DNA of 45,686 nucleotides, from the IMG/VR virus record IMGVR_UViG_2718217885_000013; one strand, 5' to 3'. Below, piece by piece: positions 34,757 to 43,389 of this stretch. How positions within the stretch are numbered: the stretch's first letter is position 1; each line of letters begins with the position of its first letter. Both the position numbers and the translations under genes were made by a program. The DNA comes from a virus (taxonomy: Duplodnaviria > Heunggongvirae > Uroviricota > Caudoviricetes). The notes under the pieces are model-generated. The model was not told where the DNA came from. It did not search any database and saw nothing but the letters and a program-made list of their open reading frames with translations.

Positions 34757-35343
34757 GCTTCAGCCCTTCTTAGTAAATAGTGTGTAGGGCGACTGAAGGA
34801 CCGAGTTTATGCTTTTTCGCATTGCTTTCAGTTAGTAGACCGGTATCGCACCGGAAACAATCCTACGGCAAATTGGTTGTCTGACCTCTCGGTTTTTCGT
34901 GCATTAACCGATACCCACTACAGTCTCGGCGAAAGCTGCACACCCCCAAGGTGTACTGGTAGCACTCGGCACAGCCTAGCGCGCCACTTTCTTCTCACTA
35001 TCCAGTCTAATTTTATCCCCTAGTCAGACACTCAGATGTAGTGCTCCGCAGCGGCATGCGGGGGAATACAAAAACTCGGACAAAATTGGGCCCTCCTTTT
35101 TGAATCACTCGCGGGGATGTAGTTATTAATACATGGGAAAAGATCTGTTTTCAAATCCAACATTATATGGTTTCAATACCACGGGGTGGCTATGTGTTTC
35201 TCATTATTATTTACAATCTACTGTAATCGCTCCGAACGCAAATGCGTCAATACTCGAATCAACTGATCATCCTGCCACGACTGAAATCTCAAATAGGCCG
35301 TTTCTCAAGTAAGAGATTTTGAATGCATTATTGGCTACTGAAA

Positions 35344-35368
35344 TAAAAAACCCAGCACCAACTGGGTT
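35344..35368 (-). terminator. Intrinsic terminator directly after the 164-aa secreted-protein gene
   Basis: Minus strand AACCCAG-uuggug-CUGGGUU followed by UUUUUAUUU. Confidence 0.65.
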
Positions 35369-35385
35369 CATATGAAATTTTTTTG

Positions 35386-35880
35386 TCATTTCCAATTGCA
35401 AGACTGTGAAATTTTTTCCACAACCTTATCAATCTCAGACAAGTCAAACTCAACTACTTGCATAGTTGATCCATAAGGTTCAAACCCAAAAATAGCTTTT
35501 TTATGCTTAGCCAAGGTCTTTATAAATTGTATTGGTTGTGGAGCAAATGCAGAATCACCGCCTTCCCCACCTCCCCAAGCACTCTTGACCGGCTTTCCGC
35601 CATCTAACCGCACTGTAATTCTTGGGTTGTCCGAACCCATATAATCATTGAATGATAAATAGGCATCTGTTTTGTTATCACTACAACGCAACACCAGTGA
35701 AGTTGCACGATCAGTACCTGCTTTGTTATATGAATCTGGTGATAAATTAAGAGCCACAAAGTCAGTCTGGTCAGTCATTTTATTTATCTCAGACTTTGTT
35801 ATCCACGGCCCTAACTTCTCTACACCAGCATTTGCAGTAAACGAGGCACTTATGACAAAGGCTATAATAAATTTTCTCAT
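35386..35880 (-). CDS. Hypothetical secreted/periplasmic protein (moron)
   Basis: 164 aa with a typical Sec signal peptide (MRKFIIAFVISASFTANA); own terminator; no family recognised. Confidence 0.6.
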   Translation of the reverse strand: MRKFIIAFVISASFTANAGVEKLGPWITKSEINKMTDQTDFVALNLSPDSYNKAGTDRATSLVLRCSDNKTDAYLSFNDYMGSDNPRITVRLDGGKPVKSAWGGGEGGDSAFAPQPIQFIKTLAKHKKAIFGFEPYGSTMQVVEFDLSEIDKVVEKISQSCNWK

Positions 35881-36026
35881 AACCCTATCTCCTTGGATTT
35901 AAAGAACTAAATATTATCAAGTCTCTTGCCACTAGAAAACCCACTTTATTTCCAAACTCTGATGGCATTCCTGAAAATCCGCTTCATACTCACTTGCCCC
36001 GCCCTATCATCCTGAGTAGCTAACCG

Positions 36027-36200
36027 TTAAACAAACGTTCGCCAGACCTTACCATCAATGACCAGGATTCCTGCCCGCGCCATTTTTGCCGCAGCCTGAT
36101 TTATGCTGGTTAATGTCACACCTGTTGTCGCAGCAACGTCCGGCGCACAGAAGCTCTTGTGCGTCTCCAGATAATGAATAATTGCCTCTTTGCCCGTTAT
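36027..36200 (-). pseudogene. ren: ren remnant (start codon lost, truncated)
   Basis: Hand translation ITGKEAIIHYLETHKSFCAPDVAATTGVTLTSINQAAAKMARAGILVIDGKVWRTFV matches the lambda Ren N-terminus; the lambda ATG is ATA here and the frame stops after about 57 codons. Confidence 0.7.
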
Positions 36201-36898
36201 ACAGTTGCTCCTTTCAGTCCGAACTTCGCTTTGATTTCTGCGATCTTCGCCAGAGCCTGTGCACGATTTAGAGGCCTACCGCCCATGACAGGAAGTTGTT
36301 TTACTGGTTCAGGTATCGCCTCACCACGGTTAATTCGCGCGGTCATACAGGTCAGCTCATCGGCAGCTTTACGCCGTAATTCCGCGTCAGTCAGCGCATT
36401 GGCCCGCATGTTCTGGTACAGGTTGGTAACCAACCAGTAGTGCGCGTTTGATTTCCATGGATAAGACTCTGCGTCCGGATACAGGCCACGCTTCCGGCAA
36501 TACTCGTAAACCATATCAACCAGCTCGCTGGCGTTTGGCAGTCCGGCGGTAACGGATGCTTCTTCCCGGCACCAGGCGACAAACTGCCCGGGTGATGGCA
36601 GGAATGGTCGATTCTGCCGACGGGCTACGCGCATTCCTGCGTTAACCTGTTCCATTGTGGTGATCCCGTTTTCCCGGAAAGCCAGAACCCACTGGCGGCG
36701 GATTTCGTTCAGTTCGTTCTGGTCCCGGTTAGCCAGGCTCGCCGGGAAAGTTGCCAGTAACTGGCTGAACACACCGTTGATGATCCGCGCTACCTGCTGT
36801 ACCTGCGGCTTTTCGTCGTACTGTTCCGGCATGTTGTTGGCGATCCGGCGCATCTGCTCACGGTCAAAGTTAACCATCTGTGCGGCGATGTTTTTCAT
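36197..36898 (-). CDS. P: Replication protein P (DnaB helicase loader)
   Basis: 233 aa, near-identical to lambda P (MKNIAAQMVNFDREQMRRIANNMPEQYDEKPQVQQV). Confidence 0.95.
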   Translation of the reverse strand: MKNIAAQMVNFDREQMRRIANNMPEQYDEKPQVQQVARIINGVFSQLLATFPASLANRDQNELNEIRRQWVLAFRENGITTMEQVNAGMRVARRQNRPFLPSPGQFVAWCREEASVTAGLPNASELVDMVYEYCRKRGLYPDAESYPWKSNAHYWLVTNLYQNMRANALTDAELRRKAADELTCMTARINRGEAIPEPVKQLPVMGGRPLNRAQALAKIAEIKAKFGLKGATV

Positions 36899-37824
36899 AA
36901 ATCCACCCCATAAATCCAGTCAGTGTTTGTCAGGTCGAGTTTTGATTTTCCGGCTGTCACGCCAGCCTGTTGCTTGTTACGGTTGATTTCGAGCTGGGTC
37001 CACTTGTCGCGGAGTTTGGCCGGACTTAGCACGTTACCGGACCAGAAGTTGTCCTGGCATGCCCAGCGGAACAGCACGCACATGTCGCGGTGGTTACGTC
37101 CGTCACGTTCACGCATCAGGCGGATATCGTTAGCCCACCCTGCAAAATTCGGTTTTCTGGCTGATGGCGCGATGGTCTTCACCATGTCAAACATCCACTC
37201 TGCGGCGGTCAGGTCTTCTGCTGTCCCCCACCTGCTGCCGCTCTGAATTGCAGCATCTGGTTTCTCCACAGGAAGATCGTTTTCTGGTTGGTCAGAGGAT
37301 TCGCCAGAATTCTCGGACGAAAAAGGTTTTATATTGTCTTTTGTTAGTTTGTCTTTTGTGTTTACCTGATTCGGGTAAACGCCTTTACCTGATTTGGGTA
37401 AACTTTTCTTACCTGATTCAGGTAAATTTACCTCTTTCAGGTAAACTTTATTTTTCTTACCTGATTCGGGTAATGTTGACCATTCACTGACCACATTATT
37501 AATGCCGATATTCCGCCCGCTCTGAATAAGAATCCCACGCTTTACCAGAACGCTTTTTGCAGCAGAACACTTGTGCGGCAATATCCCGGTCAACTCGGAA
37601 AGTTGCTCGTTGCTCACCCAATCCAGTTTTTTATTAAAGCCATATGTTTTGCGCATGACAGCCAGGAAGACCAGAAGCTGGTGCTGTGTTAATCCGGCCA
37701 GCATCACAGCTTCCAGCAACTCATTTGCAATGCGCGTATAACCATCATCGAGATCTGCCACGCGCGGCTCCTTTTGTGCCGCATCCGGCACTGGAAAATT
37801 GAATATCTCAGCAGTGTTTGCCAT
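36895..37824 (-). CDS. O: Replication initiator O; alternative upstream start at 37914
   Basis: Lambda O-like N-terminus spacing from MANTAEIFNF with a GGGAGG Shine-Dalgarno; C-terminus conserved; iterons inside the gene; the track ORF begins 30 codons upstream with an ATG coupled to the preceding stop. Confidence 0.8.
   Translation of the reverse strand: MANTAEIFNFPVPDAAQKEPRVADLDDGYTRIANELLEAVMLAGLTQHQLLVFLAVMRKTYGFNKKLDWVSNEQLSELTGILPHKCSAAKSVLVKRGILIQSGRNIGINNVVSEWSTLPESGKKNKVYLKEVNLPESGKKSLPKSGKGVYPNQVNTKDKLTKDNIKPFSSENSGESSDQPENDLPVEKPDAAIQSGSRWGTAEDLTAAEWMFDMVKTIAPSARKPNFAGWANDIRLMRERDGRNHRDMCVLFRWACQDNFWSGNVLSPAKLRDKWTQLEINRNKQQAGVTAGKSKLDLTNTDWIYGVDL
37363..37474. repeat. Replication origin iterons: five copies of about 18 bp (TACCTGATTCGGGTAAAC type) next to an AT-rich stretch (37321-37362)
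   Basis: Direct repeats tacctgattcgggtaaac, tacctgatttgggtaaac, tacctgattcaggtaaat, tacctctttcaggtaaac, tacctgattcgggtaat read in the sequence, inside O. Confidence 0.85.
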
Positions 37825-37910
37825 AATTCCTCCCGCAATGAGTGTGTTACGATTTGCACCTGAAAGTCGGTTCTGTTCCCGCAGACCGACTTTCGCCATT
37901 TCTGAACCTG

Positions 37911-38450
37911 TCATATTGCCCCCAGCATGGTGGTCACCATCGCCATTAATGGACCAGCCAGATCCGGGTCCACACGAAACATCGACACAATACCTTCACT
38001 CATTTCCTTCAGTTTCTGGTGGCGTGGTGCGTTGAGAATGACAGCCTGTTTTGCCTCACTGAGTTCCTTTTCCATTTCAGCCAACCGAGTCATGAAGCTA
38101 TCCTGCTCAACCAGGTAACCGCGATATTCCAGCGGTAGTACCGCCAGAATTGCCGGGGTCAGTTCACGCACGTTATTTCGGTATTTTTCAGAATCGAATT
38201 TGTTATCGAGGAAGCGGAACAGCTTCTGGCGTGCACGGCTGACATCATCAGGGAAATCGATGGTGCCGTCGCCCTGCTCCCGATACTCATTCACAATGAG
38301 TGCGGCAACGACATCCTGATTATCTACAGCCGACCAGGCGCGGACGGCATCACGGATTTTTTCGTGGCCTGGAGCTTGTTTTGTTTGAGAACGATTTATC
38401 ACCGCAGTCGGAATAAATCCGCTAGTCTGTTGGTATGTAAGTGGTTGCAT
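37911..38450 (-). CDS. YdaT-like protein in the cII position
   Basis: 179 aa; AAGGAG Shine-Dalgarno; segment LTPAILAVLPLEYR recalls Rac YdaT; downstream of the Cro-like gene. Confidence 0.55.
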   Translation of the reverse strand: MQPLTYQQTSGFIPTAVINRSQTKQAPGHEKIRDAVRAWSAVDNQDVVAALIVNEYREQGDGTIDFPDDVSRARQKLFRFLDNKFDSEKYRNNVRELTPAILAVLPLEYRGYLVEQDSFMTRLAEMEKELSEAKQAVILNAPRHQKLKEMSEGIVSMFRVDPDLAGPLMAMVTTMLGAI

Positions 38451-38519
38451 AATTGACTCCTTTAGTTTGAATTGACTGTTAAGTTGATTGCTTATTGTTA
38501 AAGAGCGTGAAATGGAAAT

Positions 38520-38750
38520 TTAAGCTGCGTTCTTTTCGGTGTGTGGAAACAACTTCGGAAGATCCGGGCGAATCTGGTATGCCTTCACAACTCCACCAGT
38601 AGCCGTAACAATGCTGCCGACATGTTCAGGGGATACCTTTGCTTTGTTGTGAAGCCACTTATAGACGGCCTGCTGTGAAACTTCGCAGGCATCGCCTAGT
38701 TTCTTTTGTGAACCAACGATATTGATCGCTGTTTTGATTGCTGGGTTCAT
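38520..38750 (-). CDS. Cro-like HTH regulator (YdaS-type)
   Basis: 76 aa with HTH (GSQKKLGDACEVSQQAVYKWL); divergent from cI; GGAGG Shine-Dalgarno. Confidence 0.75.
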   Translation of the reverse strand: MNPAIKTAINIVGSQKKLGDACEVSQQAVYKWLHNKAKVSPEHVGSIVTATGGVVKAYQIRPDLPKLFPHTEKNAA

Positions 38751-38854
38751 AACAACCTCCGTGGTTAATCCGAATCAAGATTAAAACTATGGTTGTTTTT
38801 AGTCAACAACCATTTTCGTTTGATGAAATAAAACCTTGGTTGTACATTTGATCT
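38751..38854. promoter_or_regulatory. Right operator/promoter region (OR, PR, PRM)
   Basis: Repeated GGTTGTT/AACAACC half-sites including palindrome ATGGTTGTT-N7-AACAACCAT (38789-38813); candidate PR (TTGACT-17-TAATCT, minus strand) and PRM (TTGATG-17-TACATT, start near the cI ATG, implying a leaderless cI mRNA). Confidence 0.7.
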
Positions 38855-39544
38855 ATGAAAACAACACTCTCAGAAAGACTTAAAGAAGCCAGATTAGCGC
38901 GAGGCCTTACACAAAAGGCGCTTGGGGATTTGGTCGGGGTTAGCCAGGCTGCTATTCAGAAAATCGAAACAGGGAAAGCTAACCAAACAACTAAAATCGT
39001 GGAGATCGCGAACGCTTTGGGTGTGCGCGCAGAATGGTTATCTTCTGGCGTTGGAAATATGTCAGACAGTACAGTGCAACCAATACAATCAACTGTCAGC
39101 CATTCCAAATACTTCAAAATTGACGTTCTTGATATAGAAGTCAGTGCCGGGCCAGGTGTAATCAACCGTGAGTTTGTAGAAGTTCTACGCTCGGTTGAGT
39201 ACTCGTTTGACGATGCTCGTCACATGTTCGATGGCAGGAAGGCGGAAAATATCCGCATCATTAACGTGCGAGGTGACAGCATGTCAGGGACGATCGAACC
39301 AGGTGACCTGCTGTTCGTTGATATCACTGTTAAATCTTTCGACGGTGATGGCATCTATGCGTTTCTGTACGACGACACTGCCCATGTAAAACGTCTTCAA
39401 ATGATGAAGGATAAGCTGCTGGTTATCTCTGATAACAAGAGCTACTCGCCGTGGGACCCGATCGAGAAAGACGAGATGAACCGGGTGTTCATATTCGGTA
39501 AGGTCATTGGAAGCATGCCGCAGACGTACAGGAAGCATGGTTAA
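38855..39544 (+). CDS. cI: CI-type repressor (HTH plus LexA/S24 autocleavage domain)
   Basis: 229 aa; N-terminal HTH (LTQKALGDLVGVSQAAIQKIETGK); C-terminal S24-like region with GDSM and a later Lys. Confidence 0.9.
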   Translation: MKTTLSERLKEARLARGLTQKALGDLVGVSQAAIQKIETGKANQTTKIVEIANALGVRAEWLSSGVGNMSDSTVQPIQSTVSHSKYFKIDVLDIEVSAGPGVINREFVEVLRSVEYSFDDARHMFDGRKAENIRIINVRGDSMSGTIEPGDLLFVDITVKSFDGDGIYAFLYDDTAHVKRLQMMKDKLLVISDNKSYSPWDPIEKDEMNRVFIFGKVIGSMPQTYRKHG

Positions 39545-39773
39545 TTTATCTACGACTTAAGGGAGCGAAGGTTAAGGTTTATACCACTCGGATTAGATAT
39601 TGCACTAAATTCTCTATAAGAACGCCAAATCTGTTTGCATATTTCAGTAAATATTCTCGTTGTTAGCTGAGATTTGTTGCTACTGTCAGCAAAATGTCCC
39701 CCTATCTCGTAGCGGTTTTTATTTCGAATCATTATGTTAAGATGTTTCTGATTATAATGAATGGAAACATAAA

Positions 39774-40154
39774 ATGAGAAAAATCCTAATCGCTGTCATG
39801 ATGGCATCTGTATTGGCTGGGTGTGCTTCTTCAGGCAACCAGCAACTCAAAAATGAAACTGAAATTAGTGTCCAGTCTAAACTTCAGGAAGGTAAAACAA
39901 CCAAGAATGAGGTTAAATCTTACTTTGGTTCTCCTGATGCTGTTTCATATACTGACAGTGGAAACGAGATCTGGAAGTACGCCTTTGCAAAAGTAAAAGT
40001 TAATGGCACCACTTTTATTCCATTCTATGGATTATTCCATAATGGAACGAACGGTACGAAAAAAGAACTTACTATTCTTTTTAACGATGACACGATTAAG
40101 AAATACACAATGTCAGAAACCCAAATAAACTCGAAATCAGGTTGGGCTGACTGA
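39774..40154 (+). CDS. Lipoprotein with BamE (SmpA/OmlA)-like pattern, in the rex position
   Basis: 126 aa; lipobox LAGC; pattern G-K-T-x-x-E-V...FGSP...W-x-Y...LTILFN resembles BamE; has its own candidate -10 TATAAT at 39753-39758. Confidence 0.6.
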   Translation: MRKILIAVMMASVLAGCASSGNQQLKNETEISVQSKLQEGKTTKNEVKSYFGSPDAVSYTDSGNEIWKYAFAKVKVNGTTFIPFYGLFHNGTNGTKKELTILFNDDTIKKYTMSETQINSKSGWAD

Positions 40155-40162
40155 TAATCATA

Positions 40163-40189
40163 CCCGGCAACCGCGCCGGGTTTTCTTTT
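40163..40189 (+). terminator. Intrinsic terminator after the lipoprotein gene (end of the cI operon)
   Basis: CCCGGC-aaccgc-GCCGGG followed by TTTTCTTTT. Confidence 0.7.
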
Positions 40190-40280
40190 CCTCCCCCTCA
40201 TAACTCATACCGTCCAAAAAACCACCACACCTCACTTCAGTTATCGCTATGCGATGCAAGTCACAAAATAAATCCATCCT

Positions 40281-40357
40281 AAATACAACCAGTTATATTT
40301 AAAACAACCGACAAAACAACTTTTGTTGTTGACGATAAAACAACTATAGTTTTAAAT
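40281..40357 (+). promoter_or_regulatory. Left operator/promoter region (OL/PL)
   Basis: The same AACAACC/GGTTGTT half-sites as OR, including AACAAC-tttt-GTTGTT at 40315-40330; candidate PL TTGACG (40329-40334)-17-TTAAAT (40352-40357). Confidence 0.65.
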
Positions 40358-40361
40358 AAAT

Positions 40362-40413
40362 TCATCGCAACGACACAACGATACGGTAACCACCTGTTTC
40401 ACCGTTGCGATGA
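40362..40413 (+). other. Large hairpin (11-bp perfect stem, 29-nt loop) at the predicted 5' end of the PL transcript
   Basis: TCATCGCAACG ... CGTTGCGATGA read in the sequence; function unknown. Confidence 0.4.
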
Positions 40414-40634
40414 CCACTTAGATCCGCAGTTTGAATTTCAGCAGGCTTCGGGGAGTGCGAGGGGTGAAGCGGACGCGTGAACGTCGGTGTGACCAGCTGA
40501 AATCAACTCAACACTTCATACCTCAGTCGCTTCAACGAGGCGACTTAGTTATGACAACCGGCGGCCATCCACCGCCTGAATACGCGCAGAAGTCTCTATA
40601 TGTTCAGCAGCCCAGCTTACGGGCAGGAGTTTTT

Positions 40635-40841
40635 ATGGTTCATCAACATTACGGAACGCAGACCGTTAATCGAGGTGCGGTCATGCCAGGAATGCTGGTC
40701 AAACACAAAGATGGTACCTGGACTGCATCAGCTAATTTACGCGGACGGCTTTATCTGCATCGCGGCATCGAGCGCACTTATACCCGTGATTTGCTCGTGG
40801 AAGTTTTTCTCGACGGACGCGGTAACGGCCTGAATCGCTAA
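40635..40841 (+). CDS. Hypothetical early-left protein in the kil position; start uncertain (alternatives 40551 or 40431)
   Basis: ATG at 40635 has an AGGAG Shine-Dalgarno 5 nt upstream; the track ORF begins at a TTG; lambda homology resumes exactly at this ORF's stop. Confidence 0.4.
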   Translation: MVHQHYGTQTVNRGAVMPGMLVKHKDGTWTASANLRGRLYLHRGIERTYTRDLLVEVFLDGRGNGLNR

Positions 40842-40916
40842 TCCCCTTTCCTGTTTTCCTAATCAGCCTGGCATTTCGCGGGCAATATTTTCACAGCCAT
40901 TTTCAGGAGTTCAGCC

Positions 40917-41213
40917 ATGAACGCTTATTACATTCAGGATCGTCTTGAGGCTCAGAGCTGGGCGCGTCACTACCAGCAGATCGCCCGTGAAGAGAAAGAG
41001 GCAGAACTGGCAGACGACATGGAAAAAGGCCTGCCCCAGCACCTGTTTGAATCGCTATGCATCGATCATTTGCAACGCCACGGGGCCAGCAAAAAAGCCA
41101 TTACCCGTGCATTTGATGACGATGTTGAGTTTCAGGAGCGCATGGCGGAACACATCCGGTACATGGTTGAAACTATTGCTCACCATCAGGTTGATATTGA
41201 TTCAGAGGTATAA
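40917..41213 (+). CDS. gam: Gam, host RecBCD inhibitor (short GamS form)
   Basis: 98 aa near-identical to lambda GamS ([21 protein letters not shown]). Confidence 0.95.
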   Translation: MNAYYIQDRLEAQSWARHYQQIAREEKEAELADDMEKGLPQHLFESLCIDHLQRHGASKKAITRAFDDDVEFQERMAEHIRYMVETIAHHQVDIDSEV

Positions 41214-41218
41214 AACAA

Positions 41219-42004
41219 ATGAGTACTGCACTCGCAACGCTGGCAGGGAAGCTGGCTGAACGTGTCGGCATGGATTCTGTCGACCCACAGGAACTGATCA
41301 CCACTCTTCGCCAGACGGCATTTAAAGGTGATGCCAGCGATGCGCAGTTCATCGCATTGTTGATCGTCGCCAACCAGTACGGCCTTAATCCGTGGACGAA
41401 AGAAATTTACGCCTTCCCTGATAAGCAGAACGGCATCGTTCCGGTGGTGGGCGTTGATGGCTGGTCCCGCATCATCAATGAAAACCAGCAGTTTGATGGT
41501 ATGGACTTTGAGCAGGACAATGAATCCTGCACATGCCGGATTTACCGCAAGGACCGTAATCATCCGATCTGCGTTACCGAGTGGATGGATGAATGCCGCC
41601 GCGAACCATTCAAAACCCGCGAAGGCAGAGAAATCACGGGGCCGTGGCAGTCGCATCCCAAACGGATGTTACGTCATAAAGCCATGATTCAGTGTGCCCG
41701 TCTGGCCTTCGGATTTGCTGGTATCTATGACAAGGATGAAGCCGAGCGCATTGTCGAAAATACCGCATACACTGCAGAACGTCAGCCGGAACGCGACATC
41801 ACTCCGGTTAACGATGAAACCATGCAGGAGATTAACACTCTGCTGATCGCCCTGGATAAAACATGGGATGACGACTTATTGCCGCTCTGTTCCCAGATAT
41901 TTCGCCGCAACATTCGTGCATCGTCAGAACTGACACAGGCCGAAGCAGTAAAAGCTCTTGGATTCCTGAAACAGAAAGCCGCAGAGCAGAAGGTGGCAGC
42001 ATGA
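41219..42004 (+). CDS. bet: Bet, single-strand annealing recombinase
   Basis: 261 aa near-identical to lambda Bet. Confidence 0.95.
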   Translation: MSTALATLAGKLAERVGMDSVDPQELITTLRQTAFKGDASDAQFIALLIVANQYGLNPWTKEIYAFPDKQNGIVPVVGVDGWSRIINENQQFDGMDFEQDNESCTCRIYRKDRNHPICVTEWMDECRREPFKTREGREITGPWQSHPKRMLRHKAMIQCARLAFGFAGIYDKDEAERIVENTAYTAERQPERDITPVNDETMQEINTLLIALDKTWDDDLLPLCSQIFRRNIRASSELTQAEAVKALGFLKQKAAEQKVAA

Positions 42005-42681
42005 CACCGGACATTATCCTGCAGCGTACCGGGATCGACGTGAGAGCTGTCGAACAGGGGGATGATGCGTGGCACAAATTACGGCTCGGCGTCATCACCG
42101 CTTCAGAAGTTCACAACGTGATAGCAAAGCCCCGCTCAGGAAAGAAGTGGCCTGACATGAAAATGTCCTACTTCCACACCCTGCTGGCTGAGGTTTGCAC
42201 CGGTGTGGCTCCGGAAGTTAATGCTAAGGCGCTGGCCTGGGGAAAACAGTACGAGAACGACGCCAGAGCCCTGTTTGAGTTTACTTCCGGCGTGAATGTT
42301 ACTGAATCCCCGATCATCTATCGCGACGAAAGTATGCGCACCGCCTGCTCTCCCGATGGTTTATGCAGTGACGGCAACGGCCTTGAACTGAAATGCCCGT
42401 TTACCTCCCGGGATTTCATGAAATTCCGGCTCGGTGGTTTCGAGGCCATAAAGTCGGCTTACATGGCCCAGGTGCAGTACAGCATGTGGGTGACGCGAAA
42501 AGATGCCTGGTACTTTGCCAACTATGACCCGCGCATGAAGCGTGAAGGCCTGCATTATGTCGTGATTGAGCAGGATGAAAAGTACATGGCGAGTTTTGAC
42601 GAGATGGTGCCGGAGTTCATCGAAAAAATGGACGAGGCACTGGCTGAAATTGGTTTTGTATTTGGGGAGCAATGGCGATGA
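42001..42681 (+). CDS. exo: Exo, lambda exonuclease
   Basis: 226 aa near-identical to lambda Exo. Confidence 0.95.
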   Translation: MTPDIILQRTGIDVRAVEQGDDAWHKLRLGVITASEVHNVIAKPRSGKKWPDMKMSYFHTLLAEVCTGVAPEVNAKALAWGKQYENDARALFEFTSGVNVTESPIIYRDESMRTACSPDGLCSDGNGLELKCPFTSRDFMKFRLGGFEAIKSAYMAQVQYSMWVTRKDAWYFANYDPRMKREGLHYVVIEQDEKYMASFDEMVPEFIEKMDEALAEIGFVFGEQWR

Positions 42682-42839
42682 AGCATCCTCACGATAATAT
42701 CCGGGTAGGCACGATCACTTTCGTCTACTCCGTTACAAAGCGAGGCTGGGTATTTCCCGGCCTTTCTGTTATCCGAAATCCCCTGAAAGCACAGCGGCTG
42801 GCTGAGGAGATAAATAATAAACGGGGGCTGTATGACTGA
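42678..42839 (+). CDS. Small hypothetical protein (53 aa), translationally coupled between exo and the methyltransferase
   Basis: ATG overlaps the exo stop (ATGA) and its stop overlaps the methyltransferase start (ATGACTGA); hand translation [53 protein letters not shown]. Confidence 0.5.
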   Translation: MKHPHDNIRVGTITFVYSVTKRGWVFPGLSVIRNPLKAQRLAEEINNKRGLYD

Positions 42840-43389
42840 TTTCACCGGAAGCAATACTCCTGCCGAACATCGCGACAGCTGGCGCACACCACCAGAGATT
42901 TTTGCTGCGCTTAATGCAGAGTTCGTTTTTCAACTTGATGCTGCCGCCAGCGAAAAAAACCGACTATGTCGGCTTTTTATCTCACAGGAGCAGAACACAT
43001 TAACCACTTCATGGCCTGAAGCAATGGGATATGCCTCTGGTTATGTCTGGTTGAATCCACCATACAGCAATATTTCCCCTTTTGTGAAAAAGGCAGCCAC
43101 TGAAAACAAATTCAGTAGTGTGGGATGTGTAATGTTATTGCCTGCTGACACATCTGTCGGATGGTTTCATGAAGCGATACAAACCGCCAGTGAGGTCAGA
43201 TTCATCACGGCAGGACGACTGGCATTTATTAACCCACTCACTGAGAAACCCGTCAGTGGAAATAATAAAGGCTCGATGCTCATTATCTGGCACCCATACC
43301 CCCGTACACACTGCCACTTTACGACCGTTGATCGTGGAGAGTTGATGGCGTTCGGCTCAAGGATTCTTGCCCGTCGGGAGGCTGCATGA
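42832..43389 (+). CDS. Phage-type DNA N6-adenine methyltransferase (Dam-like)
   Basis: 185 aa with the amino-methyltransferase catalytic motif NPPY (WLNPPYSN). Confidence 0.8.
   Translation: MTDFTGSNTPAEHRDSWRTPPEIFAALNAEFVFQLDAAASEKNRLCRLFISQEQNTLTTSWPEAMGYASGYVWLNPPYSNISPFVKKAATENKFSSVGCVMLLPADTSVGWFHEAIQTASEVRFITAGRLAFINPLTEKPVSGNNKGSMLIIWHPYPRTHCHFTTVDRGELMAFGSRILARREAA

Noticed and set aside
34757-35385. Retron or tRNA in the region without ORFs
   Set aside because: No reverse-transcriptase ORF nearby, no flanking inverted repeats typical of msr/msd, and no credible tRNA cloverleaf (a TTCAAATCC-like segment lacks a complementary stem); left as unexplained rather than named
37363-37474. 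Short direct repeats that could be mistaken for a CRISPR array
   Set aside because: The repeats are about 18 bp, nearly contiguous without unique spacers, lie inside the O gene next to an AT-rich stretch, and match lambdoid ori iteron organisation
39550-39732. 60-aa minus-strand ORF between cI and the lipoprotein gene
   Set aside because: Antisense to the cI-lipoprotein operon, no Shine-Dalgarno, and it overlaps the candidate lipoprotein promoter; probably spurious
40431-40634. Arginine-rich N-terminal extension of the track ORF that resembles an N-protein RNA-binding motif
   Set aside because: The extension starts at a TTG with no Shine-Dalgarno and has no in-frame ATG; the well-supported start is at 40635, so the arginine-rich stretch is probably untranslated leader
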